NCBI GenBank assembly: GCA_030704615.1
Contig: CM060732.1
Coordinates: forward strand, 80,352,001-80,416,000
Direction of reading: 5' to 3'
DNA: 64,000 nt
From: Takakia lepidozioides
Lineage: Eukaryota; Plantae; Bryophyta
Shown: positions 39,750 to 51,167 of the stretch, one piece after another
How positions within the stretch are numbered: position 1 is the first letter of the stretch
Layout: each line of letters starts with the position of its first letter
The notes under the pieces: generated by a model
What the model was told of the DNA's origin: nothing
The model's database searches: none
Seen by the model: the letters and a program-made list of their open reading frames with translations, nothing else
Translations under genes and position numbers: made by a program

Positions 39750-40177
39750 GATGATGACCATACCCAAAGAAATTTGTCGAGGCACTTGCCACCGCCCTCT
39801 GCTTCTGCTCAAACGACAATTCAAACAAGAGGTGGGCCTGTGCACGCACTCGGTCCAGCACAGATAGAGGCACACTGTGGTTCATCACCTGGAAGAAACC
39901 CCACTCACTACATGCCGCAACCATCTCTCTGACAACTCTCTCAGTTGCCTCGTCCTCAGTGAAAACCCCTGATAGATCAATGATCGATATCTCTTCGTAA
40001 CCGTCAAAATCGTCATGGGCGGCTTTGTTGGGGCGTTGTTCTTCAGGTGTCACATACTCGGCACTCGGACAGATTTTTACCTTTCAGAAGGCCTGAATTG
40101 ACAAGCGCTTCATGAAAGAAGGTGGGAGTAGCATGCAGCACGGAGGAAGGACTGGTGGGTGGGAGCTGAGCTTCCAT
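39750..40177 (-). pseudogene. 2-oxoglutarate/Fe(II) dioxygenase, 5' part (DIOX_N)
   Basis: ISIIDLS...ACSEWGFFQVMNHSVP...LFELSFEQK...FFGYG, then an abrupt switch to RT sequence. Frameshift near 40070. Confidence 0.88.
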
Positions 40178-41596
40178 CAGATCAGCCAATTTACGATCAG
40201 TAGGGAACACACACAGTATCCACAAGAGTTCAGATCTGCGATGCGTTTGCAGCTGCAGCTCGTGAAGCGATTTTTTCTACACAGGGAAGATATTTCTCTT
40301 TCCTCTACCGGCTCTTGGGTACATGGGGATTGCAGCACTTAGAGCAGGCTAGGCTAGATGGGGAGGATCTCAGATCTGTCACAGAGGATGTCAGTTCCAA
40401 ATCCAGTCACACAATTAATACCTAGAAGCATCGTCACCTTCACATCCAAACTGCACACTACATCCAGGGACACCGTTTAAATTCCGCATACTTAAGTGGG
40501 CCTGAATCGCTCCCAGGTTTCCTTTGAAAAAAAAAAAACTCTGGACAAGAAGACCGAGGCCTGCTCATCAAATCTTGCAGACCGATTGAACCCACGTGTA
40601 CATCACGAGATACGAACTTCTGCTAGTTGTCGACCCAAGCGTAACAGAAAACTTGATTGGTACGACCCCATGTTCCCGATAGCTATTGTGTATATTCCTG
40701 TCTACAGGTACTACTATATATAAACCCTTTTCTCCAAAAGTTAGAGTTGGGAAATTTTGTACTCTGTTTTGGTGGGCATTTGTAGTTTGAGTTCAGTTTG
40801 TGGTCGGTGGGGGATTAGCAGATGAAGGAGCTTCTTGGCACCCACAATCGTACAGCAGAATGGCTGTGTAAGATGTTCCTGGCCCTGTCTCTGGTGGGTG
40901 AGGATTGCTAGTGAGGAATCTGCGTTTCGTCGATGGATGTTTGGGGTCAGTGTTTTTTGGTGTGATGATGACAGTGGCATAATGGAAACAAATTTTGCGG
41001 AGGTTGGTAGATCCGTCAATGTTTGCGCAGGCATTAGTGCTGGACTTTTACTTTGATGAAACTGTGGAGGGTTTGGGTGGATCAGCAAATCTTTGCGATT
41101 GAGCTGATGTGGAAATGATATCGCCTACATTCAAAGGTTTTCTCAAGAAAATCAGTGAATGTCGGACGGAAAGAATGAGTGAATGCAATGGTGTAATCAA
41201 AACGACGTATTGGTGCTTGCAGGGTGGTGTCAGCTCCTGGGAAAGTGTCGATAACCGGGGCTTATTTGGTGCTTGAGAAGCCACATGCAGGCCTAGTGCT
41301 GTCCATGTCTGCACGTTTCTTCGCAATTGTGAAGCCCATCCATGCTGCTCCAGCACCTGACAGCTGGTCGTGGGTATGATCTTTTGCTGCTGATCATCTG
41401 TTCCTTCATCCCCCTGGACAGAAACCTGTGACTGATAGGATCGTTTTAATTTGTGCTAGGAGGTCGACAGGAATGAACAGTGGTTTGAACAGCAATAAAA
41501 ATGCTCAAGGGGTTATGTGTTGAATTGCATTACCAGGTATTTAGTTTGTGGAAGATCTTGGTTGAGGATTTGCTGATTCCTGGATTTTGTGTGCAG

Positions 41597-44500
41597 TCCT
41601 GGACAGATGTGAAGGTTGTGTCCCCGCAGCTGCTAATGGAGACAACCTACAAACTGTCTCTCAGAGATTTTTGTCTCCGAAAGGTTTTTCCTGGCAGGTA
41701 TGGTAATTTAGTGAAAATATACCCTCTTTGCTGTAAGAGAATGCACATAATGAACTTATGTGAGAGATAATGTCACTTGCTAGGCTTGTCTTTGTGTCCA
41801 TCAACTGGGTGCCCTATCTGTCTTGGACTTCTTGAATGGAGTGAGAGGTCCACTGAATCTTTTCATTGCTTACGAAGAGGGCTCTTTGTCAAATGGGCAT
41901 TGCATCCGAAATTGTGAAAATAACGTCACCATCATGCCCTCAATCTAGCATGTGGGTCCCGTTTTGCTAGCCCGGTTAGTGACTGCAGAGTAGGTCTACT
42001 CTGGCACCTGGCACATTTGTGTCCTCACGGAGGGGAAGTGGGTTTCCCCTACTTTCTACTCCTGACAATCTGGCTGAGGTACCAGAAACATCAATGATCC
42101 TACTCAAAGTGAGCTTTTCACTTTATGCATTGCTTCATGGTATCAAAATCCTTAACTGATTATATTGTTTGGCCCTGATACGTAAGCTACTTATAGCAGC
42201 TAGCAGGCTGATCATGGTTCTTACCAGGTTTTTCACAATTTCCTTTCTTGAACAGATTCGCTTCATTCCAGCATAGTATATGCTCAAACTACTAGTCCCT
42301 TGATGTGTGTAAATTGATAACATCTGAGCCTTCTCCAGAAGATTGAGTAATGAACAGTATGTTCCACAGTATATTGAGGATCCATTAGTGCCAGCATTCT
42401 TGGACAAGTATGTATCCATAGGTTCTTCAAGAGATAAGCAAAACTGAACTTCGTGCATATGAAAAGGCAGAATGCAATGCTCTGCTTTGAATGGTGCAGG
42501 AGATTTCTCGTAGGGAGAGAGAAAATGAAAGGTGAAGAAACGCGTCGTTCTGGCGACTGTGCAGTGATAGTGGCAATCTTTTTGTGGAGCAAGCAGTGCA
42601 ACTGGCTGTGGCGGCATCCAAAGCTGTGCTTCAAGATGCTAAGAGTGACTGCCGTGATTCATTGTTGAAGCTGCTTCTCCAAGGTTGGTCTTTTCTGCAG
42701 TTGAGTTTCATGCCTTCATCCCTTTGAATGGGCTCAATTGGATAATTAGGAGAGGCTCTTCCCCACTCTTTGTCCCTCCTTTGAAGCTGCATTTTATTTG
42801 TGAATCTGCGTTCTTGTATGTTGCTGTCTAGGGGTCTGCACTTGCGACGTCAGATGTTGCACATGGGCACTGTTTGTTCTGAGAAAAGGCTGTTGCTGCA
42901 GGTTTGGAGATTACAATTTTAGGGAGCAATGACTTCTACTCCTTCCGAAAGCTGGTAAAATATTTGTGATGTTGTTCACTCGTTACCATTCACTGAAGCT
43001 TTTTGAGTCTCAGTTATTTTCTCATTCAACAGTCATCTCGTTCCCCGTTGCCTTTAGCCAGTTGCCTTGTTGTTCCGTCTAGATGTACTTCACTCCAATT
43101 TGTTCTGCTATGAGGTATGTTAGGAACATCGCCTGCTTGAGGTTTGACTTAGGCAGGATATGTGGAATCCCACAGCAGGCCTTATGTTTGATCACCCTGA
43201 GAAATCTCCTGAGCAGTAAGGAACACCAGAACTTATAGAAGAAGGCTTGAAGATGTTTGATGTCCTGGTTAATAGTGGAAGAGCTTATTGGCTGTGGTTT
43301 CTTTGCATGCAGCTGGAAGCAAGAGGACTTCCTTTACTTAAGTCCAGCTTATCAGCTCTTCCTGCATTTTCACCTATTACAAGTAACCTCCAACCCGTTA
43401 GTGAGAATGAAGGCATGAACCAGCAGAAAGTACAATAGCTTTACCTGAAGTTGCCAAGACCGGCTTGGGATCATCAGCAGCCATGACTACAGCAGTGGTT
43501 GCAAGCATTCTCCAGTATCTAGGGAGTGCAAAGCTTCCAATGCAAGGTAGTGGTTTGGGTACTGGGGAATTGGAGGCAGATCTGGATCTTGTGCACAAGA
43601 TCGCGCAAGCAGCACACTGTGCAGCACAAGGCAAGATTGGCAGTGGTTTTGATGTAAGCACAGCTGTATATGGCAGCCAACGCTATGTTCGATTCTCTCC
43701 CTTGGTGCTCTCACCTGCTCAGGTCTCTCCTCACTCTGTGGAGGTTATAAAGTTTCTTTTTGGTGTGTCATGTAGGCATTGTTTACCCTGCATTCCCACA
43801 GAATTGACCCGGTACCACCTGCAACCTACAATATGGTTGCCAAATTAGAACTAGTGGGAAACAATTCAGGAGCAGACAAGTAGCTGCATGCCACAGGAGG
43901 AATCATATCATCACATTTTAGTCTGCAAAGCCAAGCAAAAAGTAGTTGCTCGTGAGTGTGATCTCTTCTCATGGATATGTCTGCTTGCAAGTTTGGATTT
44001 ATCTGATGTGTTTGGCAAATGATATGGAAGGGATTTGATGTAGAATCTCTACTTCTAAAGAGGGGAGGGATTGAAGTCGTCTGGCTTTCAGATTGATCCT
44101 TTGCTGGGGTGTAATTGTAAAGCAACATTCCCACCCAATGGACCATGTGGTATGCAGGTGGGCAGCAGACTCTTAACCACTTTTGACGTGGTTAAGCAAG
44201 AATTGGCTGAAAACTGGGACAATGAGAGGTTGATGTATGCACTTCCTCCCTTGCTTGTCTTGGTAAGTTTGCCTTGAGATCACTGACTGCACTCGTGCTA
44301 CCTGCAAGTAGGCAATTCAAGATTACCGACTGCTATAAGTGAGTGTCTTGGACATGCAAGGACTTGCATGCATCTAGGGCGCCCTATCATGCTGAGTTTG
44401 GTCAGCAAGCTGAATGGAAAATGATTCAGTTTAGAGAAGAATTATAGTTCTATGACATAGGTGATGCAGATTGCACTTTAGTTTTCCTAGCTGTTTGGGA

Positions 44501-45255
44501 TCAAAGAATAGAGACAGGAGCGAGCATGTAGTGTGAAGTTCAAGGACCATTATATTCCTAGGTATAAGTGACCCAGCAATGTTCATGTTGTTTGCTGCAG
44601 GTTGTAGGAGAGCCAGGCTATGGAGGCTCACACACTCCATCCATGGTTGGGGCAGTGCGGGCATGGCGCAAGCGAGACTCTGACAATGCAAAACCTGTGT
44701 GGGCTGCCTTGGCTAAAGCTAACAATGCTGTGGAGACGGGGCTCCTGCACCTTAAGGAAGTGGCCCAATCAAGAAAAGTTTATGACAGTGTTTTGGAATC
44801 TTGTAGCACTTGCCCAGCTGACAAGGTACACACTCTGAAATTGTTCAGAGTTTTAACACACTAGACTGCCTCAAGCAAATGAACCTGTCTACGGTACATT
44901 TATTACTGTCTTAGTTTGTCTTATGTCATCTCCCCACATTATACTTTTGCATACGATTGACGAGCTTGCAATAGCATGACTAGCTGCATCACCTGTTCTT
45001 CATCTAATAGCCTTGAGGCTTCTGGAGGTGTGCTTGTAATTTACTTCGATGTCCCTTGGTTCATACTGAAACACTTCTATGAATTTTTTACTGTTCACTG
45101 AGCTTGTCTGTCGGGTCTTTGGCGTCTAGTGGATGGAGTTGTACGGGGACAATCCAGAGAAGCTGGAGGTAGTGGAAGCTCTGCTGGAGACCAGGCGGGC
45201 CTTTCTAGATGTCCGGTCACTCCTGCAGCATGTTGGAGAAGCAGCTGGTGTACCT
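41597..45255 (+). pseudogene. PMK: Phosphomevalonate kinase (plant/ERG8 type), internal exons only
   Basis: Exons: WTDVKVVSPQL (41597-41697), NLFVEQAVQ (42565-42683), LEITILGSNDFYS (42901-42954), PEVAKTGLGSSAAMTT...AQGKIGSGFDVS (43313-43721), 44158-44261, GEPGYGGSHTPSMVG (44601-44825) and GEAAGVP (45130-45255). No N-terminal APGKV or C-terminal PGAGG exon was seen; one frameshift near 43415. Confidence 0.85.
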
Positions 45256-45739
45256 GTATGTTTCACCTCTCTTGTGTACCTGTATGTTCCACCTCTCTGG
45301 ATGAGTCGTAATCCACTGGCGGAAGTGCCACTTGAAAAAGGCTTAGCTTACAAGTGTTTCTCAGACAATGAGGTAAACTACACCTATGCAAAATTTGCAC
45401 CGGTAAAATGCAATGACAATTATCGTCCTCACAAAGGCACTACCAACCCTCCCATGTCTGGGATCTGTCTTCCCCTGCACTACTTTGCCAGTGTCATCCT
45501 CACGTGTAACTATTCACAACATACAGTTCAGGAAGCAACCACAATGAGCTGTCCAAAGCACACAGAATTAGAGGGTGAACACAGGCAGGGGTGATGCACA
45601 CGGCCTCAACATCAAATCCCAAATCAACCATCCACCCCAAGAGTGGGTCCTCAATCACAGTTTGCACTTACCCACCCTTAGTCATCCATGATGGCCTCTC
45701 CCATGTCACAGACTGGAAACAAGTTCAGAGAGGGTCAGT

Positions 45740-45950
45740 GCTTCAGGCTCAGCCTCGAGATTTTGAAAGATTGTGAACAGAGGTGCAGCGACTATATTCT
45801 TGATGGTCCTGCCAAGGGTTGCTCTCTGATGAGAATACCCCGGACATTGTAGCAGAAAATGGATATTGTCTTCAGGCCACCCTCACATTGGGCATTGACA
45901 ATCTCCCTTTCCTCTCTGCATCTTTTTGAGAAAGAGAGTTGGCACATAAC
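45740..45950 (-). mobile_element. Old 3' fragment of the same LINE family as 50962-55433
   Basis: Minus strand GDCQCPM*GWPEDNIHFLLQCPGYSHQR...PLFTIFQNLEAEP vs GECNCPLCGQSEDSIHFLIHCPGFSHQR...PLFTNFESLEAEP. Confidence 0.8.
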
Positions 45951-46038
45951 AGGTAGCTATATATACTATTTTGTGTCAAATTGTTGTACAAGGAAGGACA
46001 AGCTCATGTGAAATGTGATGGGACATACAGCTTGTTGT

Positions 46039-47135
46039 TTAGGCGCTGGTAAAATGCAGAGAGAACATTCTGCTACTCAGATGGATCCCACCTGCCAGCT
46101 GCAACATGTTTGATAGAAACACATAAGTCGCCGCATCCTGTTCATCCCACGTGAGGATAGATGTTGCCACACGTTCAGCCATCTCCACATTGCCATGGAT
46201 TCTGCAGACACCAAGCAAGGACTTACACACCACAGCATCTGGATTGATGGCATTGTATTAATCAGATCCACTGCCTCATCCAGTTGTCCCGCACGTCCAA
46301 GAAGGTCCCCCATGCAGCCGAAGTGCTTTACTGTCAGAGTGACACCATGATCTTGACTCAGGGAATCCCAGTAGCATCTTCCTTCATCCAGTAGGCCAGT
46401 GTGGCTGCATGCAGAGAGAACACATATAAAGGTGATACTGTCCAGCTTCAAACGTTCTTTTGCATTCCTTCAAATAGTTGCAGGACCTCCCTATGACAAC
46501 CATGCTGGGCACATCCTGCCATATTGTCAAATACTCCCTTTGCATCCTCAATGCACCCACATTTCAGATACATGTCCAGAATGACAATTGGTACAATTCC
46601 AGCTTTGATGATGTCACCATGCACCTCTTTGCCCTTTCCCAGGGCTGCTAGGCTTGCACAAGCATTGCAAACGCACACAAATGTGATGTTGTTGCGCTTC
46701 ACCCCTTCCCCCATCATTTGCTCATAGGTCTCCAAGGCCTCCATCCCGCGCCCCGCTGTGCATATCCTGTAAGCATGGCGTTCCATGACACAGCCATATT
46801 GTTGAACACTCCCTCCACATTTGGCATACATGTCCACAAGGGTATTGTTCAGAATCACATCTGGTACAATACCAGCTTTGACGATGCAACCATGGACCTC
46901 TTTGCCCTTTTTCAGGGCTACCAGGCTTGCACACGCACTGCAAATGCACACAAACGTTATGTGGTCGGGCTTCACCCCTTCCCCCATCATTTGCTCATAG
47001 GCCTCCAAAGCCTCCATCCCGTGCCCCTGTTGTGCACATCCTGCAAGCATCGCGTTCCACGACATCACATCTCGTTCAGCCATAGTGTTGAACACTCCCT
47101 CCGCATCCTCAATGCTCCCACATTTGGCATATCTG
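46039..47135 (-). pseudogene. PLS-class PPR tract with E-domain remnant, frameshifted
   Basis: [52 protein letters not shown] and AATYVFLSN occur across shifting frames. Confidence 0.9.
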
Positions 47136-47164
47136 CTACTCTCTGTAATCTAACAGGCATTCAC

Positions 47165-48330
47165 CCCACCATTGACTGGGGTCAGAAAAATATTCATTCC
47201 ACAGCTTCTCCTCATCTCTTTTACGTGTTTTTGGATACTTTCATGTTGTCACATTGGCAGTATCATGTCAACGTCACTCCAAACTAGATTCACTCAACCA
47301 GCTAACTTGCAGAATTCAACATGGAAATTTAGGGCCAATTCTGATAAGAGGGAAAAACAGGGTGAAATGTGTTGAAGAAGGTGCCTTCATTAGCAGTGCC
47401 TGATTTTATCAATTGTGCCGCTGCTGCTGCGGCTTCTAGTTGACCATCTACCCATGCAGGTTTCTTGTAGCTATCCGTCCACAGGGAATCATAGGTAATC
47501 TTGAGCTTGAAATCCGGCCCTCTTGGATGAATCTGGACGCAAACTCTATCCTTGCTCCTTCTGCTTCCAACAGGCATTCACCTTTTTGCCTCAATTGTTC
47601 CACCATTGACTGGGGTCGGGAACGTATTCATTCCAGAGCTTCTCCTCGTCTCTGTTATCTATTTTTCGATACTTTCCTGTTGCCACAGCAGTAACATTGT
47701 CAAAATCAGTCCCAAACCACCATAGATCCACCAACGAGCTAACTTGCAGAATTCAACATGAAAATTTAGGGACGACTCTGATAACACGGAAAAACAGGGT
47801 GAAATGTGTTGAAGTGGGTGCCTTCATTAGCCGTGCCTTGTTCTATCAATTGTGCTGCTGCCGCTGCTATATCCAGTTGATCGTCTACCCACGCAGATTT
47901 CTTGTGCTATTGATCCACAGGGAATCAGAAGTAATCTTGTGTTTGAAATCCGGCCCTCTTCGATGAATCTGGACCTCTATCCCTGCTCCTTCAGCTATAC
48001 AAATCATGAATACATCATCAGCCTTGCTGCTAGCAGCTGACACTGACGACGTGAAGTTCTTCCAGCAAACACCCCAACCCTACTTAATACCATAGTTCCA
48101 ATTCTGAATTGCATATGCTTCTCTCTGTAGTTCAACATGCATTCACCTTTTTGTCTCCATTGTCCCACCATTGACTGGAGTCGGAAAAGTGTTCATTCCA
48201 AAGCTTCTCCTCATCTCTTTTATCTGTTTTTGGATACCACAAATCCACCCAACGAGCTAACTTACAGAATTCAATATGCATCTCAGGGCCGAGTCTGATG
48301 AGAGGGCAAAACAGGCTGAAAAAGCACCTC
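47165..48330 (-). pseudogene. Tandem (2.5x, ~430-bp unit) exons encoding OSB-type PDF motifs, directly 5' of the PPR tract
   Basis: EEKLWNE[HY][FV][SP]D[PS]SQWW[DN]N..KK | putative intron | HPRGPDFK[HL]KIT.DSLW...KKPAWVD repeats. This matches the PDF motif of organellar ssDNA-binding (OSB) proteins. Confidence 0.75.
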
Positions 48331-48480
48331 TTGTGTGTGCAGCTTGTGCCTGTAGTCAGGTAATGTCGGATTGGTCTGTGAGAACCACCACGGTGCAGCT
48401 GAGCAGGCAGAGATTGAAACACGGCCTGCTAAGACCAAGAAAACATTCCAGGCAGCCTGGCCAAGTTATCAAAACATTAA

Positions 48481-48630
48481 CGACGATGATGTGGCGACGA
48501 TGACATGGAGATAATGACGTGGCGACGACAATGACGTGGCGACGATGACATTGCCATGATGACGTGGTGAAAATGACGTGGCGAAGACGACCTTGCGACG
48601 ATGACGTGGTGACAATGGCGTGGCACTGTG
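48481..48630 (+). repeat. Tandem ATGACGTGGCGAC-type repeat (5 TGACGTGG cores)
   Basis: Visible ~14-17-bp degenerate units between divergently oriented genes. Confidence 0.8.
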
Positions 48631-48633
48631 GCT

Positions 48634-48711
48634 GCCCTCAAATTCTAGCGACGACCGAAACTACGAAGCCCACTAGCTTCCGACCTTCGGTCGTCGCTAG
48701 AATTTGAGGGC
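48634..48711. repeat. Perfect 26-bp inverted repeat with a 26-nt spacer
   Basis: GCCCTCAAATTCTAGCGACGACCGAA (48634-48659) / TTCGGTCGTCGCTAGAATTTGAGGGC (48686-48711). Confidence 0.9.
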
Positions 48712-48884
48712 TTCTATCCCCTCTTATTTTTAAAGAAAAGAAAAAAAGCTTTGTTGGGACATGTGGGAAATGTGAGGCCTGCAAGATCCGTTTCCGGCAT
48801 TCCGTTAGGTCATGATGATGGAGGGCGACGACAATACTAAAAGGGGGAGGTGTCTGTGGGGTGGCAGGGAACAAGGATAGTGTG

Positions 48885-49926
48885 ATGGCAGCCAGGCGGG
48901 TGCTGCTGGGCCTGCGCTCTGCTGCGGCTGTGGCAAGGGGAGAGGGAGTTGCGGCATGGCGTTGCCACAAAGCCAAGAAGTGGCAGGAGCCGGCCTGGGC
49001 GGATTCCTATTCCTGGTTGCTGCAGTCGACTAGGGGGTTGTTGCACAGCGCAGCGGGTGAGGATGACAGCGAGGAGCGTGGGGTGGAGGCGGAGAGGAAG
49101 AGTAGTAGGTTGGAGGTAGACGAACTCCGTGCCTGTGTGAGACATGTGCATGTGGCTGCGTTGAAGAAAAAATTGCGAGCGGATGGGCGGGAGGTGTTGA
49201 GTTTCGGTGAGCTTCTGCAAATCTGTCGACAAGATGGCGTGGCATCATCTGATGAGGAAGCGGCTCAGTTTGTGCGATCTTTGGATCAGGCAGGGGTGGT
49301 GTTGATATTTCGAAACAAAGTCCACCTTCAGCCTAATAAGGTATAGGCACAGAACCCATGTTGTAGGAAGTTTCAGACATAATGACAGGTTAATGGAGCA
49401 ATATGATGGTGGTGGAGGTTGGTTATGAGAGGTGAGCATCTAAACGTGGATTGCTTGGATGTTGAGGGTGTAGATAGCAGAGTTGGTAGCAAATGTGCTT
49501 CCTCTCTCTTTCATGGAAGAGGATGATCCACGCAAGAAGGAACTGGAAGCGATGGCCAAGGAGAAGGCACAGATTGACTTACAGGCGCACAGACAGATGC
49601 GCGGATTTTTGTGGACGGGCCTTGTGCTCCTCTCGGTTCAGGTTCTTATATTCTTTCGTCTCACATTTTGGGAGTTGTCATGGGATGTGATGGAACCCAT
49701 TGCTTTTTTTGCGACCGCTGGTGGCATCGTCGCCGGCTATACGTATTTTCTCTTTACATCAAGGGACCCCACTTACCAGGATTTTATGAAGAGGCTTTTT
49801 CATTCAAGGCAAAAGAAACTTTTCAAGAAAAGAAATTTTGACATTAAGAAGTTCAAGGAATTGGAGATGCAATGTCAAGGAGGATGGAAGCCTTTGAGGA
49901 CAAATATGCTGAATGATGCGGACTAA
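48885..49926 (+). CDS. MCU: Mitochondrial calcium uniporter, 2 exons
   Basis: Exons 48885-49340 and 49474-49926 are in frame. Arg/Ala-rich presequence, two TM helices and the pore motif FWELSWDVMEPIAFF. Confidence 0.95.
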
Positions 49927-50931
49927 GGGTGAAGCTTTATACTTGGTTTTCACGGTCCATTTTTTCAAACAAGTAAGGAAAGAGCTCCGTGTTGATCTTG
50001 CGATTCTCCTGTCATTCCTTGGCTATTGCGGGTATTTAAATGAATGCCATCGCCACCGCCAAGTTTGAAGAGCCACTGGCACAAAAGTCAGGTGCAGGTG
50101 ATCTGTCGATCTCACCAAGGGTTTCATTTTGGTTCATTTTGTGAATGTTGGGAATTGGATTGTGCTGTTCACATTGACCATGGCGAGTAATCTAGCGCCA
50201 AATGACTGATCCATGCTTACTAATTTGGGTTTGTATATTTTTGGTCAGGCAGTTTCTTAGAATGGTTGTAAAATGCATGTGGGCTGATGCGATGTAAAAG
50301 GCCGGGTCAAGCTCTCTGCTTCGTTCAGACAGTTTTCACTTTATTCATACTTTCTTTCTATTCAGAAAGGTTGGAAGGGTGATCATCGTGGGTCTATGCA
50401 AATATAGTATGAAGAGGTGAAGAGATGAACCTTGGTTTCACAAGCTCTAAAGAAGGACTTCATGCTCGAGAGCTTTAGCATATGCAGACAACTGTGGGCT
50501 GCAGCAGTCTTTGCCAATGGTGAGCTTTAACACAAGTTTTTTGATAATTACCCGGTGTTCTTGAGGATTTCAAATTTTAGGATGAGGAGGGTATGACTTT
50601 ATCTCTCTTATTTAGAGCGGTGTGTGCCAGCTTCCTGTATACGATGTACTTGTTCAGTTTGTGGACAGATAGACTGGTGTATACTTCTTGGTGGGTAGAT
50701 TGGCATCTGTGTAGGATACAAAAGGGTCTTGAAGTGGACATTATAGCCCATTGGATGCTGTGCCAGAAAACTACAATTTCATATTGTCATGCATATAGTT
50801 TGTGAACGAAATATGGAGGTGTGAAATGGATTTCAGCTGTTGTGACTCAATTCATTTAAGTTCCAAGTTCATAAGTGGCACTGGCCAAGCCAAGAAGTGA
50901 GAAAGATTCTATTCCCGCCTCAGTCTTGGCT

Positions 50932-50956
50932 GCTCTCTCTCTCTCTCTCTCTCTCT
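50932..50956 (+). repeat. (CT)n microsatellite at the LINE insertion site
   Basis: Directly visible. Confidence 0.9.
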
Positions 50957-51167
50957 GTCCATCATGGATGATGTGTCCTTTAAAACTACATGCTCTAGCT
51001 TAGGCTTGGATTTCATGGCTAATGGTACCATCTCGAGACTTGATAACAGGGGTACGTTGAAGGTTGCAATGACCAAAAGTGCTTCTAATAGAGTCCCGCA
51101 TCAATTCAATCTCAAAGAAGTTCGTCCCTTGACTGGCTAGAGAGCGGTCTTAGACATTGGTGATTCA

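Noticed and set aside
39694-40053. Apparent dioxygenase-RT fusion ORF
   Set aside because: Chance in-frame junction of the CRE insertion; a stop follows within ~20 codons.
40740-41440. Possible decayed L1 ORF1 fragment on the minus strand (LRKICFHY)
   Set aside because: Too degenerate to support a call without a search.
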